From an uncultured Gemmatimonadales bacterium (GTDB lineage Bacteria; Gemmatimonadota; Gemmatimonadetes; Palauibacterales; Palauibacteraceae): 64,000 nucleotides of DNA. Both the position numbers and the translations under genes were made by a program. Position 1 is the stretch's first letter; every line of letters starts with the position of its first letter. Of this stretch, positions 1 to 9,708 are shown in pieces. The notes under the pieces are model-generated. The model ran no database searches. It saw only the letters and a program-made list of their open reading frames with translations, and was not told the origin of the DNA. The stretch is from assembly GCA_963783385.1 (NCBI GenBank), contig CAWANJ010000007.1:160001-224000 (forward strand), given 5' to 3'.

Positions 1-2592
1 AACGTCATCCTGGGCGGAGAGCAGCGCTTCGCCGTGCGCATCCGGCTCGATCCGCGCGAGCTCGCGGCGCACCAGCTTACCGTGGACGACGTGCAGCGGG
101 CCCTCCTGTCGCAGAACGTGGACCTGCCGTCCGGCCGGGTGGAGAGCGAGACCCGGGAGTTCACGGTGCGGACCCAGGGCCAGTTCCCCACCGCGGCCTC
201 CTTCGCCCGGCTGATCATCACGACCCGGGACGGGACCCCGATCCGGCTCGGGGACGTGGGGATAGCCGAGGCGGGAGTGCAGGACGAGCGCACCCTGGCC
301 CGGTTCAACGGCAAGCCCACGGTCGGTGTGGGGATCGTGAAGCAGTCCGACGCCAACACGGTGGAGGTGGCCGACCGCGTGCTGCAGGAGATCGACCAGA
401 TCCGGGCGGACGCTCCGCCCGGCTACAAGCTGCTCATCGCGGTCAACAACGCCGACTTCATCAAGGACTCGCTGTCCGAGGTCCAGTTCACCCTGTTGGT
501 GGCCTTCGGGCTCGTCGTGCTGGTCATCCTCCTCTTCCTGCGGAGCTGGCGGGCCACCTTCATCCCGGCTCTCGCCATCCCCGTGTCCCTCGTGGGCACC
601 TTCGCGGTGTTCTACGCGCTGCACTTCTCCATCAACACGCTCACGCTCCTGGCCCTCGTGCTGGCCATCGGCATCGTGGTGGACGACGCCATCGTGGTGG
701 TGGAGAACATCTACCGGCACATGGAAGAGGGGGAGTCGCCCTTCGAGGCGGCGCGCAAAGGCTCGGCGGAGATCGCCTTCGCGGTCATCGCGATCGCGAT
801 CACGCTGGTCATCGTGTTCCTTCCCATCGCCCTGATCGGCGGCATCGTGGGCCGGCTGTTCCGCGAGTTCGGACTCGGCGTGGCCGTTTCCGTGCTGATC
901 TCGGCGTTCGTGGCCCTCACCCTGAGCCCCATGCTGAGCTCGCGGATCCTCAAGCTGGAGGAGAACCGCAACCGCGTGTTCGAGGCGGTCGAGCGGCTGC
1001 TGCAGCGCGTCACCGACGCGTACCGCCGCACCCTGTCCTGGGCCCTCGACCACCGCTGGACCATGGTCGGGATCGCGGCGGCCAGCCTGGTCGCCAGCTT
1101 CGCGATCATGGGCGTGATGGGGAAGGAGTTCGTGCCCCAGGAGGACCGGGGCCAGTTCCTCATCAGCTTCAAGGCGCCCGAGGGCGCCACCCTGGAGTAC
1201 ACGGACGCCTACCTCAAGCGGATCGAGGAGATGACGGCCTCCACGCCGGGCGTGGACCGGTTCTTCTCGGCCATCGGGCTCAGCATCGGGGGGCCGCCGG
1301 CCGTGAACACGGGCATCGTGTTCGTGCGGCTCAAGCCGAAGCGCTCGGTGAGCCAGCAGCAGATCATGAACCAGCTGCGCGGGAAGTTCTCGACCCTGGC
1401 GGGCATCGACGCCTACCCGATCGCGCTCAGCGGGCTGTCGACCGGGGCGTTCGGCAAGCCGCTCCAGTTCGTGATCCAGTACCCGAACCTGGACACCCTC
1501 GGGATATACGCGGACAGCATGGTGACGCTGGCCCAGCGGATCCCGGGGCTCCAGGGCGTCGACTCGAACCTGGACCTCAACAAGCCGCAGCTGCGGGTCA
1601 CCGTGGACCGCGCCAAGGCGTCGCGGCTGGGCGTGAGCGTGGAGGAGATCTCGAATACGCTCCAGATCCTGCTCGGGGGCCGGCACATCGGGGACTTCGA
1701 GCGCGGTGACAACCGCTACTGGGTGGTGGCCCAGCTCCAGAACCGCTTTCGGGCGACCCCCGAGGATCTCCGCTCGATCTACGTGCGCGCCTCGAACGGC
1801 TCCCTCGTGCAGCTCGGGAACCTGATCGAGGTCGGCGAGGCGGCCGGTCCCAACGTGGTGAACCACCGCAACCGGGAGCGCTCCGCCACCATCGGCGCCA
1901 ACGTCTCGGGCGTGCCGCTGGGCACGGCGCTGCAGCGCGTGCAGGCCCTGGCCGACAGCATCCTGCCCAGGGGCTTCTCGACGGACGTGGCCGGGCAGGC
2001 GGAGAGCTTCCAGGAGTCCTTCGCCAGCCTGCTGTTCGCCCTCCTGATGGCGGTCGTGGCCATCTACCTGGTGCTGGCCGCCCAGTTCGAGAGCTTCGTG
2101 CATCCGTTCACGATCATGCTGGCCCTGCCGCTGGCGCTGGTGGGCGCGGTGGCCGCGCTCGCCGCCCTGGGCATGACGCTCAACATCTACAGCATGATCG
2201 GGATCATCATGCTCATGGGGCTGGTGACCAAGAACTCCATCCTCCTCGTCGACTACGCCAACCAGCGCCGGGAGGCGGGCGAGGCGCGCCGCGACGCGGT
2301 GCTGCGCGCGGGGACGGTGCGACTGCGCCCCATCCTCATGACCTCGGTGGCCATCATCTTCGGCGTGCTGCCCATCGCCCTGGCGCTGGGGGCCGGCGCC
2401 GAGTCGCGGCGACCGCTGGGCGTGGCCGTCGTGGCCGGGATGTTCACGTCCACGGCGCTCACGCTGCTGATCGTGCCCGTGTTCTACGAGGTGATCGACG
2501 ACGGGCTGCTGTGGGTGAGGGCGCGGTGGCGGGGCCTGATGGGGCGATTCTCCACCTCCGAGACCACCGGGGGACACCGCCCGGCAGGCTGA
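1..2592 (+). CDS. AcrB/AcrD/AcrF-family RND efflux permease (5' part outside window)
   Basis: Frame is open from base 1 (NVILGGEQRFAVRIRLDP). Proton-relay motif GIVVDDAIVVVENI, GLVTKNSILLVDYA, RLRPILMTS, and many TM helices. Confidence 0.95.
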   Translation, partial: NVILGGEQRFAVRIRLDPRELAAHQLTVDDVQRALLSQNVDLPSGRVESETREFTVRTQGQFPTAASFARLIITTRDGTPIRLGDVGIAEAGVQDERTLARFNGKPTVGVGIVKQSDANTVEVADRVLQEIDQIRADAPPGYKLLIAVNNADFIKDSLSEVQFTLLVAFGLVVLVILLFLRSWRATFIPALAIPVSLVGTFAVFYALHFSINTLTLLALVLAIGIVVDDAIVVVENIYRHMEEGESPFEAARKGSAEIAFAVIAIAITLVIVFLPIALIGGIVGRLFREFGLGVAVSVLISAFVALTLSPMLSSRILKLEENRNRVFEAVERLLQRVTDAYRRTLSWALDHRWTMVGIAAASLVASFAIMGVMGKEFVPQEDRGQFLISFKAPEGATLEYTDAYLKRIEEMTASTPGVDRFFSAIGLSIGGPPAVNTGIVFVRLKPKRSVSQQQIMNQLRGKFSTLAGIDAYPIALSGLSTGAFGKPLQFVIQYPNLDTLGIYADSMVTLAQRIPGLQGVDSNLDLNKPQLRVTVDRAKASRLGVSVEEISNTLQILLGGRHIGDFERGDNRYWVVAQLQNRFRATPEDLRSIYVRASNGSLVQLGNLIEVGEAAGPNVVNHRNRERSATIGANVSGVPLGTALQRVQALADSILPRGFSTDVAGQAESFQESFASLLFALLMAVVAIYLVLAAQFESFVHPFTIMLALPLALVGAVAALAALGMTLNIYSMIGIIMLMGLVTKNSILLVDYANQRREAGEARRDAVLRAGTVRLRPILMTSVAIIFGVLPIALALGAGAESRRPLGVAVVAGMFTSTALTLLIVPVFYEVIDDGLLWVRARWRGLMGRFSTSETTGGHRPAG

Positions 2593-2643
2593 GATCCCTG
2601 AGATCCGGGCCCGCGCGCGGACGAGGCTCCGCCGCCAGCCGCG

Positions 2644-4854
2644 CTACAGCTCTTCCAGCCGGGCGCCGGCCCCCGTGAACAGGTCGCGAAGGTGGTCGTC
2701 GCAGGTGAGGTAGATCACCTGCCAGCCTTCTCCGGCCAGCCCCGCGACGGTTTCCACCAGTCGCTCCCTCCTCGACCAGTCGGCCGTGAGGAAGGCGTCG
2801 TCCAGGAGGAGCAGGCCGGGCTCCTCCAGCCCGGCGGCGCGCAGCGCGGCGCGCGCCAGCCCCGCGCGCAGCGCCAGGAGCACCTGGTCCCGCGTGCCGC
2901 GGCTCACGAGGTCGATGGGGAGGCGCAGTCCCTCCTCGTCCACCAGCTCTAGCGCCCCCCGCTCGTCGCGGACGAGGCCGCGGTAGCGTCCGGTGACCGA
3001 GTGGAGCAGGGCGCCCGGCGACAGGGGACCCCGGCTGTCGAGCGCCTCGGATAGGCGACGCTCCAGCACCTCGTCCATGGTGGCGAACACCTCGCCCGCC
3101 AGGCGGCCCGCCTCCCAGTCCAGCTCGAGGCGCTGCGCGGCGGACCGCGCCGACCGGAGCTCGGTCAGGACGTCCTCGGGCGTGGACAGGCCGGCCTGCA
3201 CGAAGGCGTCCCGCAGCTCCCGGTATTCCGAGCGCAGCGTCGCGGCCCGGCGCTCCAGGCGCACCTTCTCCTGCGGATCCCAGGCCGGGAGCGCCTCCGC
3301 ATCCTCCGGGGCGGGAACGTCCCAGCGGGCCGGGTCCGAGCCGGCCAGGGCCTCCAGGGACCGCTCCACGTCGCGGAGCCGCGACGCGCATTCTTCGCGC
3401 GTGCGCGCCCGCGTTTCGGCCTCGTCGATGCCCTCGACCTCGAGCCGCTCGGCCAGCTCGGCCGTCCGCCGCTCGATCTCCCGGACGCGCCTCTCCGCGG
3501 CCTCCAGCTCCTCCCGGGCCCGGGCCGCGCGGCCCTCGGCCTCCTCGGCGGAGGCCGCCGCCGCCTCCAGCTCGCTCTCCCGACGGGCGGCCTCCACCTC
3601 CAGGCGCCGCAGGCGCTCGGCGACCTCGGACGCACTTTCGACCTCGAGCCCGGCCGAGGCCGCGTCCTGGCGCAGCTTGCGGGCGCGCTCGGCCCGCTTG
3701 CGTCGCGCCTCCTCGCCCTTCCGCCGGCGGTGGCGCCACACCAGGACGGGGACCGTCACCGCCGCGAAGGCGATCAGCAGGGGGAACGCGATGGCGGTGA
3801 GCAGGTGCCCGGGCAGGAGGAGCGCCAGTGCCAGGAGCACGAGGACGAGCCCGAAAGCGGCCTTGTAGATCCAGCTGGACAGGGCCGATGGCTCCCGTTC
3901 GAGCCGCGGCGGCTCGGTGGTCAGCTCGGCGGCCCGGCGCTCCAGTCCGACCTCTCGGGCCGCGTCCAGGCGGGCGCGGAGCTCCTCGGCCTCCCGCTCG
4001 GCGTCCCTGCGGCGCTCGGCCCGGCCGGCCGCCTCGGCGGAGGCCTCGTCGACCCCCGTGCGCGCCCGCTCGAGACGCCGGGACAGCTCTCCCTCGCGCT
4101 CGTGCCGGAGCGAGCGCCACTCCCGCAGCGCCTCGATCGGAAGCTCGGGGAGATCGGCCAGCTCGGACGCCAGCCGCTGGCGGTCCTCGAACAGGGTCGC
4201 GATCAGCGCCTTCCGCGCCCGCTCCATCGCCTCCAGCCGGGCCTCGACGCGGGCCACGTCCGCCTCGAAGCGGGCGGCCGGCTCGAGCCGCGTCTCCAGG
4301 ACCTCGAGACGCTCGATCCGCTCCTCGAGCTCGCGGTGGCGCGTGCGCGGCCCAGGATCCCCACGATCGCTGGGCTCTCCCCCGGGTGTGAGGTGCGCCT
4401 GGCGGTGAACGGCCTCGCGGAGGGTGTCGACGCCGCGCGGGAGCCCCGATAGGAGCTTCTTGAGCTCGGGCCAGAACTCGCCGCGAGCCGCCCCGGGGAG
4501 CTCCAGCTCGCCGGAACGCACGCAAAACAGGCCGGCCAGGCTCGCGTGCTCGAGCTCGAGGCGGTGCAGCAGGGAGGTGGAGCCCGGATAGGAGAGCACC
4601 TCGTCGCCCAGGCGGACCTCGACCCGTCCCCCCGCCTCCGCGGCGCTTCCGAACCGGTCGACGCCGGGAAGGACCGTCTCGAGCCGCGTGCCCGTCTTCT
4701 GCTCCCACCGGAACAGCTGGGAGACCAGGAAGTCGAACAGCGTCGTCTTGCCGGCCTCGTTCGGGCCCCACACCACGGTGAGCCCTGGGGAGGGCTCCAT
4801 CTCGAGGCCCCGCAGGGGCCCGAACGAGGGCACCCGGATGCGCAGGATCCTCAC
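2644..4854 (-). CDS. YhaN-like Rad50/SbcC-family AAA ATPase with coiled coil and central TM hairpin
   Basis: Walker A GPNEAGKTT, long E/R/A coiled coil, signature LVSRGTRDQ, Walker B LLLLDDAF. Lies downstream of an Mre11-like nuclease. Confidence 0.85.
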   Translation of the reverse strand: MRILRIRVPSFGPLRGLEMEPSPGLTVVWGPNEAGKTTLFDFLVSQLFRWEQKTGTRLETVLPGVDRFGSAAEAGGRVEVRLGDEVLSYPGSTSLLHRLELEHASLAGLFCVRSGELELPGAARGEFWPELKKLLSGLPRGVDTLREAVHRQAHLTPGGEPSDRGDPGPRTRHRELEERIERLEVLETRLEPAARFEADVARVEARLEAMERARKALIATLFEDRQRLASELADLPELPIEALREWRSLRHEREGELSRRLERARTGVDEASAEAAGRAERRRDAEREAEELRARLDAAREVGLERRAAELTTEPPRLEREPSALSSWIYKAAFGLVLVLLALALLLPGHLLTAIAFPLLIAFAAVTVPVLVWRHRRRKGEEARRKRAERARKLRQDAASAGLEVESASEVAERLRRLEVEAARRESELEAAAASAEEAEGRAARAREELEAAERRVREIERRTAELAERLEVEGIDEAETRARTREECASRLRDVERSLEALAGSDPARWDVPAPEDAEALPAWDPQEKVRLERRAATLRSEYRELRDAFVQAGLSTPEDVLTELRSARSAAQRLELDWEAGRLAGEVFATMDEVLERRLSEALDSRGPLSPGALLHSVTGRYRGLVRDERGALELVDEEGLRLPIDLVSRGTRDQVLLALRAGLARAALRAAGLEEPGLLLLDDAFLTADWSRRERLVETVAGLAGEGWQVIYLTCDDHLRDLFTGAGARLEEL

Positions 4855-4884
4855 CGCGGGGCGCCCCGGTTCTTCAACGGCCTT

Positions 4885-6006
4885 CTAGACCTTGAGCGCG
4901 CGGGCCGCCAGCTCCAGCGCCCGGCGCTCCACCGTCTCGCGGCGGTCCATGCCTTCGGCGCGATCGGCCTCGAGCCGGGCCTCCAGGCGGCGCCGGAAGT
5001 CGCGGAAGAGGTCGGCCCGGGCCGGGTCCAGCCCGACGCTCGCAAGGTCGAACTCGAGCTTCGCGAAGGAGGGAGCGAGCCGCTCCCGGACCCGGTCGGC
5101 CGCCTCCCGGAGGTCGGTTTCGGACACTCCGGCCAGGATGCCGTCGACCCGGACCCTCATGTCGCACAGCGGGTCGGCCACCTCCTCCAGCTCGGCGGCG
5201 AGCGACTCGAGGCCGGCGCGCTCCTCGAATGGGTTCAGCCAGCGCTCGATTCGGGCCCGCCACGGGACCGGAAGTCGGACCGGCTGGAGCTCCAGCTTCC
5301 CCGGCCCGATCTCCACCAGGATCGCCGTGCGGTGGCCGAGCGCGTGCGGGCCGACCGGGGCGGGCGAGCCGGCGTAGGCGACCGGGAGCCCCCCGAGCCG
5401 GCGGAGGGCGTGCTGGTGGTAGTGCCCGAGGGCGACGTAGTCGGCCCGGAGCGCCCGGAGGTCGTCGGAGCGCACCGGGAAGTAGGGGCCGGCCTCGTCC
5501 GATCGGCTCTCGTCCTGGATTCGAGGCGCCGAGGCGTCGATGAGCGTACCGTGCAGGACGAGGAGGGTCGCCTCGGGTGCGGTGTCGCCTCCGGGTCGGG
5601 ACGGGGCGGAGAGCCTCTCCTCGACGTCCCGCCGCACGTGGCCGAAGCCGATCTCCCCCGCCGGGAAGGGGACGGCCACCACCCGCACGGCCGCGACCGT
5701 CGTCTCCTGGACGGGCTCACCCAGGAGGAGGGTGGTGCGCGGACCCCAGTCCTGGCCGGGACGGTACGCGGCGCGGTCGTGGTTGCCCGGAAGGAGGAGG
5801 ACGGGGACGTCGAGGCTCTCGAACGCGGCGCGCACCCGCGGCCGCAGGGCGGCGTGGTCGCCGCCCCGGTCCAGGAGGTCCCCGGCCACCAGCAGGGCAT
5901 CGACCGCGTGGTCGCGGGCCGCGCCGAGGACCGCCTCCAGCGCGTCCCAGCGCTCGGGGTGGTCCTCGGTCAGGTGCAGGTCGGCGGTGTGCAGGATGCG
6001 CGTCAT
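4885..6006 (-). CDS. Mre11/SbcD/YhaO-like metallophosphoesterase DNA exonuclease
   Basis: ATG at 6006 (MTRILHTADLHL). Motifs AGDLLD, LPGNHD, LHGT, YVALGHYH, YAGSP. Confidence 0.9.
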   Translation of the reverse strand: MTRILHTADLHLTEDHPERWDALEAVLGAARDHAVDALLVAGDLLDRGGDHAALRPRVRAAFESLDVPVLLLPGNHDRAAYRPGQDWGPRTTLLLGEPVQETTVAAVRVVAVPFPAGEIGFGHVRRDVEERLSAPSRPGGDTAPEATLLVLHGTLIDASAPRIQDESRSDEAGPYFPVRSDDLRALRADYVALGHYHQHALRRLGGLPVAYAGSPAPVGPHALGHRTAILVEIGPGKLELQPVRLPVPWRARIERWLNPFEERAGLESLAAELEEVADPLCDMRVRVDGILAGVSETDLREAADRVRERLAPSFAKLEFDLASVGLDPARADLFRDFRRRLEARLEADRAEGMDRRETVERRALELAARALKV

Positions 6007-6087
6007 CGCCCCTAAGATAGGGGATGGCCGGGCGGCACGCCCGCTCCGGCGAGGCGACGAGTGGCCGTCCACGAAGGGGGAAGTCAC

Positions 6088-6642
6088 ATGAGCGAGCCCA
6101 GGATCTCCAGGCTGCCGCTGGAGGGCAACGAGCCGGCCGTCCAGGCGGTGTTCGACCGCTTCCGGAAGGAGCGGGGCAACGTCCCCAACATGTTCCGGGT
6201 GGTCGGCCACCGGGAGGAGCACCTGGCCACCATGATCCGCCACTTCGGGACCGTGATGCGGCGGGGCTCGGTCGCCCCCGCGCTCAAGGAGATGCTCTCG
6301 GTACGGGTCTCGGCCCTCAACGGGTGCGATTACTGACTGGCCTCCCACACGCAGCTGGCAGCTGCGCTGGACGTGACGCCCGAGCAGCTCCGGGACCTGC
6401 AGGGCGAGACGATCGACCCCGGCCTGTACGCGGCCGACGAGGCGGCGGCCCTCGCCTTCGCGGGGGCCATGACCCGAGAATCGAGCGCCGTCCCCGCGGA
6501 GACGGTCGCGCGACTGCGCGAGCACTTCGAGGAGGGTGAAATCGTGGAGATCGCCATGGTCGTGGGGCTGTTCCTGTACTTCAACGCGTTCAACAACGCC
6601 CTGGGCACGCCGCCCACGGCCCCGAGCCCCTACGTGCTCTGA
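6088..6642 (+). CDS. AhpD/carboxymuconolactone decarboxylase-like peroxidase-related protein, predicted selenoprotein (CxxU; UGA at 6334-6336)
   Basis: ORFs 6061-6336 and 6373-6642 are in the same frame. Read-through gives SALNGCDY-U-LASHTQLA, the AhpD CxxCxxxH motif with UGA in place of the second Cys. Purine-rich RBS (AAGGGGG) before ATG 6088; SECIS-like hairpin follows. Confidence 0.8.
6343..6371 (+). promoter_or_regulatory. Candidate bacterial SECIS element
   Basis: CGCAGCT (6350-6356) pairs perfectly with AGCTGCG (6360-6366) around a GGC loop, with the apical G about 20 nt after the UGA. A lower CCA/TGG stem extends it. It uses GCA GCT codons, which are atypical for this GC3-rich genome. 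Confidence 0.65.
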
Positions 6643-7790
6643 GGCGGGCCCCAGCCCAGGAACCGCTGGATCCGGTCCCACTGCGCCTCGGCGTCCTCCT
6701 CGCCCAGCTCCATGAGCCGTGTCAGGTAGGCCTCCTCGAACAGGAGGTAGCTCACGAAGTCTGCCGTGCGGCCCTCCCGGCTGCCCAGCCCCCCCGCCAG
6801 GTACCGGATGATGCGCGGCAGCCGGTCCGCGTACTCCGAGGCCAGGCTGCCCAGGTCGCGGGACGGCCGCAGGAGCAGCAGCTCGATGCGCCGGAACGCT
6901 CCACCCGGGTCGCCCCCGTCGCCGCAGCGCTCCAGCAGGTGGTTCATCCGGTCCAGGCGGACCGAGTCGGCGTCCAGGGTGTCCAGGAAGATGGAGTTGA
7001 ACAGGAGGCCCACGACCTGGGCCGGAGGCGGATAGCCCTCAATGACGGGGTGCCGCGCCTCTTCCGTGTTGCGCGCGTAACGGGCCGACACCGCCAGGAT
7101 GCGGTCGGCCCCGAGGTGCACGGCCGGCGCCAGCGGCGCGGACTGGCGGATGCTGCCGTCACCGTAGAAGTGTCCGTCCAGGCGTTCGGCGGGGAACACC
7201 AGCGGCAGGGCCGAGGAGGCCATGACGTGCTGGACCGTGAGGCGGTCCCGGACCGCGCGGCGGTGGGGTCGCTCCCACATCGCCATGGACGGATCGCCGT
7301 GCACGAACGTGATGGTCTGCCCCGTCTGGTAGGAGGTGGCCGACACGGCGGCCGCCCGCAGGACGCCGTCCCGGATGTTCTCCTCGATCCCGCGCGGGTC
7401 GACGGCCCGGCGCAGGAAGCGCCGCAGGGGCTCGGTGTCCACCAGGCTGCGAGCCCGGGGCCCCAGGCGCGATCCGCCCGAGAGCAGGGTGTAACCCCAC
7501 ACGATCCCGGTCCGGAGCACGGTGAGCGGGTCGGAGCGGAACACCTGTTGGGTGGTGAGGCTGCGCCACTGGCCCTCGAGGTCGGCGGTCGCCTCCTCGA
7601 GGTTGCCCCGGAAGGCCGCCAGGTGCAGGGCGTTGATCGCGCCGGCCGACACCCCCGTGATGATGGGAACGTGCCGGTCGGGGTATCGCCGGCCAATGTA
7701 GCGCAGGACGCCGACCTGGTAGGCGGCGCGGGCGCCGCCCCCCGAGAGGGCGACGGCCAGCTGCGGCGCGGACGCCCCCGGCTCGTCGAT
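6630..7790 (-). CDS. Patatin-like phospholipase (start codon unresolved)
   Basis: LSGGGARAAYQVG glycine loop, GVSAG nucleophile, ASSALP, DGS catalytic Asp. No ATG/GTG/TTG near the domain start (see findings). Confidence 0.85.
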   Translation of the reverse strand: MDEPGASAPQLAVALSGGGARAAYQVGVLRYIGRRYPDRHVPIITGVSAGAINALHLAAFRGNLEEATADLEGQWRSLTTQQVFRSDPLTVLRTGIVWGYTLLSGGSRLGPRARSLVDTEPLRRFLRRAVDPRGIEENIRDGVLRAAAVSATSYQTGQTITFVHGDPSMAMWERPHRRAVRDRLTVQHVMASSALPLVFPAERLDGHFYGDGSIRQSAPLAPAVHLGADRILAVSARYARNTEEARHPVIEGYPPPAQVVGLLFNSIFLDTLDADSVRLDRMNHLLERCGDGGDPGGAFRRIELLLLRPSRDLGSLASEYADRLPRIIRYLAGGLGSREGRTADFVSYLLFEEAYLTRLMELGEEDAEAQWDRIQRFLGWGPPQST

Positions 7791-7825
7791 CGGGTGAGGC
7801 TCCGCCCTCTCCGACTGCCGGGCCG

Positions 7826-8368
7826 CTACGCCCGGTCTCCCGGTCTCCCGGCGCGCGCCGGGGTGGAGGAAGGGAGGAGGCGTGCGTGCCAGGACTCGGC
7901 GGCCGGTCGCTCCCAGCGGCCCTCGCGGACGTCGGCGAGTCGCCCGGCCGTGAGGTCGAACACGGTCGTCGCTCCGTCCACCCGCCCCTCCTCGGCCAGC
8001 GCCCGGAACTCCTGCCGGGACGCCTGCCGCACGACGCCCTGGCCCCGCGGCTCGAGGTACCACACGGGGGCCCCGTCCCGGAGGCGGACGCCGAGCTCCG
8101 CTTCAATGTGGCCGAGGCGGTGGGTGAGGGAGTCGATCGAGCAGCCCGACGTGCCCGCCGCGCGCTCGTCCACCGCCACCAGCAGGAATCGGCCGCGGCG
8201 CCAGTCGCACGCGGTGCGCAGGGGCTGCCCGTGGGCGGCCCACTCGCCTAGGAAGTCGCGTACGTGACCGAGGAGGCGCGCGGTCTCGTCGGCGGAGAGA
8301 GGACGGTCGGCCGCGAAGCACCACAGCCGTGCCGAGTCGGGAAGCTGGTCGATGGTCGTGAGGCTCAT
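7826..8368 (-). CDS. Conserved hypothetical protein (WAAHG / SGCSID family)
   Basis: ATG 8368 (MSLTTIDQLPDSARLWCFAADRPL). Motifs WAAHGQPL, SGCSID, TTVFD and C-terminal ESWHARLL; coding-like composition. Confidence 0.7.
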   Translation of the reverse strand: MSLTTIDQLPDSARLWCFAADRPLSADETARLLGHVRDFLGEWAAHGQPLRTACDWRRGRFLLVAVDERAAGTSGCSIDSLTHRLGHIEAELGVRLRDGAPVWYLEPRGQGVVRQASRQEFRALAEEGRVDGATTVFDLTAGRLADVREGRWERPAAESWHARLLPSSTPARAGRPGDRA

Positions 8369-8489
8369 GGTCGCTCGGGGTCGGGAGTCATCCGCAGCGA
8401 GAAGATAGAGGGTCCGGGAAGTACCTTCCAGCGCGAGCCCGGACGGCGCCACGGCCGTCCGGGCTCGCGTCGGGGGAGCGGGAAGGGGC

Positions 8490-9698
8490 TTACTCGTGCC
8501 GCAGGGCCACGATGGGCTCGAGCCTGGCCGCCCGCCGCGCCGGCCACAACCCGAAGAACAGGCCAATGGTGAGCGAGAAGACGACGGCCAGCCCGATGGC
8601 CCCGGCCGACACGTCGACGTTCCATCCGGCTGCCGAGGACAGGATGGCGGCGCCGCCGCCCCCGAGCGCGATCCCGAGGATCCCGCCGGCCAGGCAGAGG
8701 ACCAGCGCCTCGAGCAGGAACTGCGTGAGCACGGCCTTGCGCGTGGCGCCCAGCGCCTTGCGCAGCCCGATCTCGCGGGTCCGCTCGGTGACCGAGACCA
8801 GCATGATGTTCATGATCCCGATGCCGCCCACCAGCAAGCTGACCAGCGCGATGCCGGCCAGCAGGTAGGTGAACGCCTGCGTGGTCTCCTGCCGCGTGCC
8901 CAGGAGCTGGGCCCGGTCGGAGATCCAGAAGTCGTTGTCCTGTCCCGGCCGCAGCTTGTGGGCTCGCCGGAGGATCTCCTCCAGGTCCATCATGGCCACC
9001 GGCTGGGACATGGTCTCCGGGGCCTCGACGTCGATGCTGCGGATCCGGTCGCTGCCCATCACCCGGAAGCGCGCCGTGGTGATCGGGATGTAGATCTGCT
9101 CGTCCTCGTTGAAGAAGCCCGTGCTGCCTTTCTCCTGGAGGACGCCGATCACGTCGAAGGGGACGTTGCCGATGGAGACCTGCTGCCCCAGGAGCTGGGA
9201 GGCCGAGCTGTTGAGGACCTCCGGCACCGCCCCGCCGAGCACCACCACACGTCGACGCCCCTCGTTCTCCTTGTCGCTGAAGAAGCGGCCCAGGCCCACG
9301 TCGTAGTGGTTGATGATCGGGTAGTCAGGGGTCGTGCCCACGACGCGCATGTTGGCGTTCGTGTGCTGATACTGCACCTGGGAGCTGTTCTCCATCTGCG
9401 GGGCCACCTTGAGCCCCTCCGGCCCCTCGCGCTGCAGCAGGGTCGCGTCGTCCATGGTGAGGCGCGCATCGCCCGAGCGCACGCCGTGGAACCAACCCTG
9501 CCCGGGACGGACGGTGAGGACGTTGGTGCCGAGGCTGGCAATCTGGGCCTCGACCGCCTTCTGTGCGCCCTGGCCCAGGGCGACCATGGTGATGACCGCC
9601 GCGATGCCGATGATGATGCCCAGCATCGTCAGGAAGGATCGGAGCTTGTTGCTCCGGATGGCATCCAGGGCCACCCGGACGATCTCCCAGATCAACAT
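8490..9698 (-). CDS. MacB/FtsX-family ABC transporter permease
   Basis: NKLRSFLTMLGIIIGIAAVI and SLLVGGIGIMNIMLVSVTERTREIGLRKALGA. Confidence 0.95.
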   Translation of the reverse strand: MLIWEIVRVALDAIRSNKLRSFLTMLGIIIGIAAVITMVALGQGAQKAVEAQIASLGTNVLTVRPGQGWFHGVRSGDARLTMDDATLLQREGPEGLKVAPQMENSSQVQYQHTNANMRVVGTTPDYPIINHYDVGLGRFFSDKENEGRRRVVVLGGAVPEVLNSSASQLLGQQVSIGNVPFDVIGVLQEKGSTGFFNEDEQIYIPITTARFRVMGSDRIRSIDVEAPETMSQPVAMMDLEEILRRAHKLRPGQDNDFWISDRAQLLGTRQETTQAFTYLLAGIALVSLLVGGIGIMNIMLVSVTERTREIGLRKALGATRKAVLTQFLLEALVLCLAGGILGIALGGGGAAILSSAAGWNVDVSAGAIGLAVVFSLTIGLFFGLWPARRAARLEPIVALRHE

Positions 9699-9708
9699 GT
9701 CGTCACTA

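Noticed and set aside
2589-2606. 9-bp tandem duplication CTGAGATCC x2 at the RND stop codon
   Set aside because: Could be a target-site-like scar, but there is no adjacent transposase or inverted repeat; too short to interpret.
6061-6642. Two separate small genes or a simple pseudogene
   Set aside because: Same frame, UGA exactly at the catalytic Cys position and an adjacent hairpin make Sec read-through the better explanation, though it is unproven.
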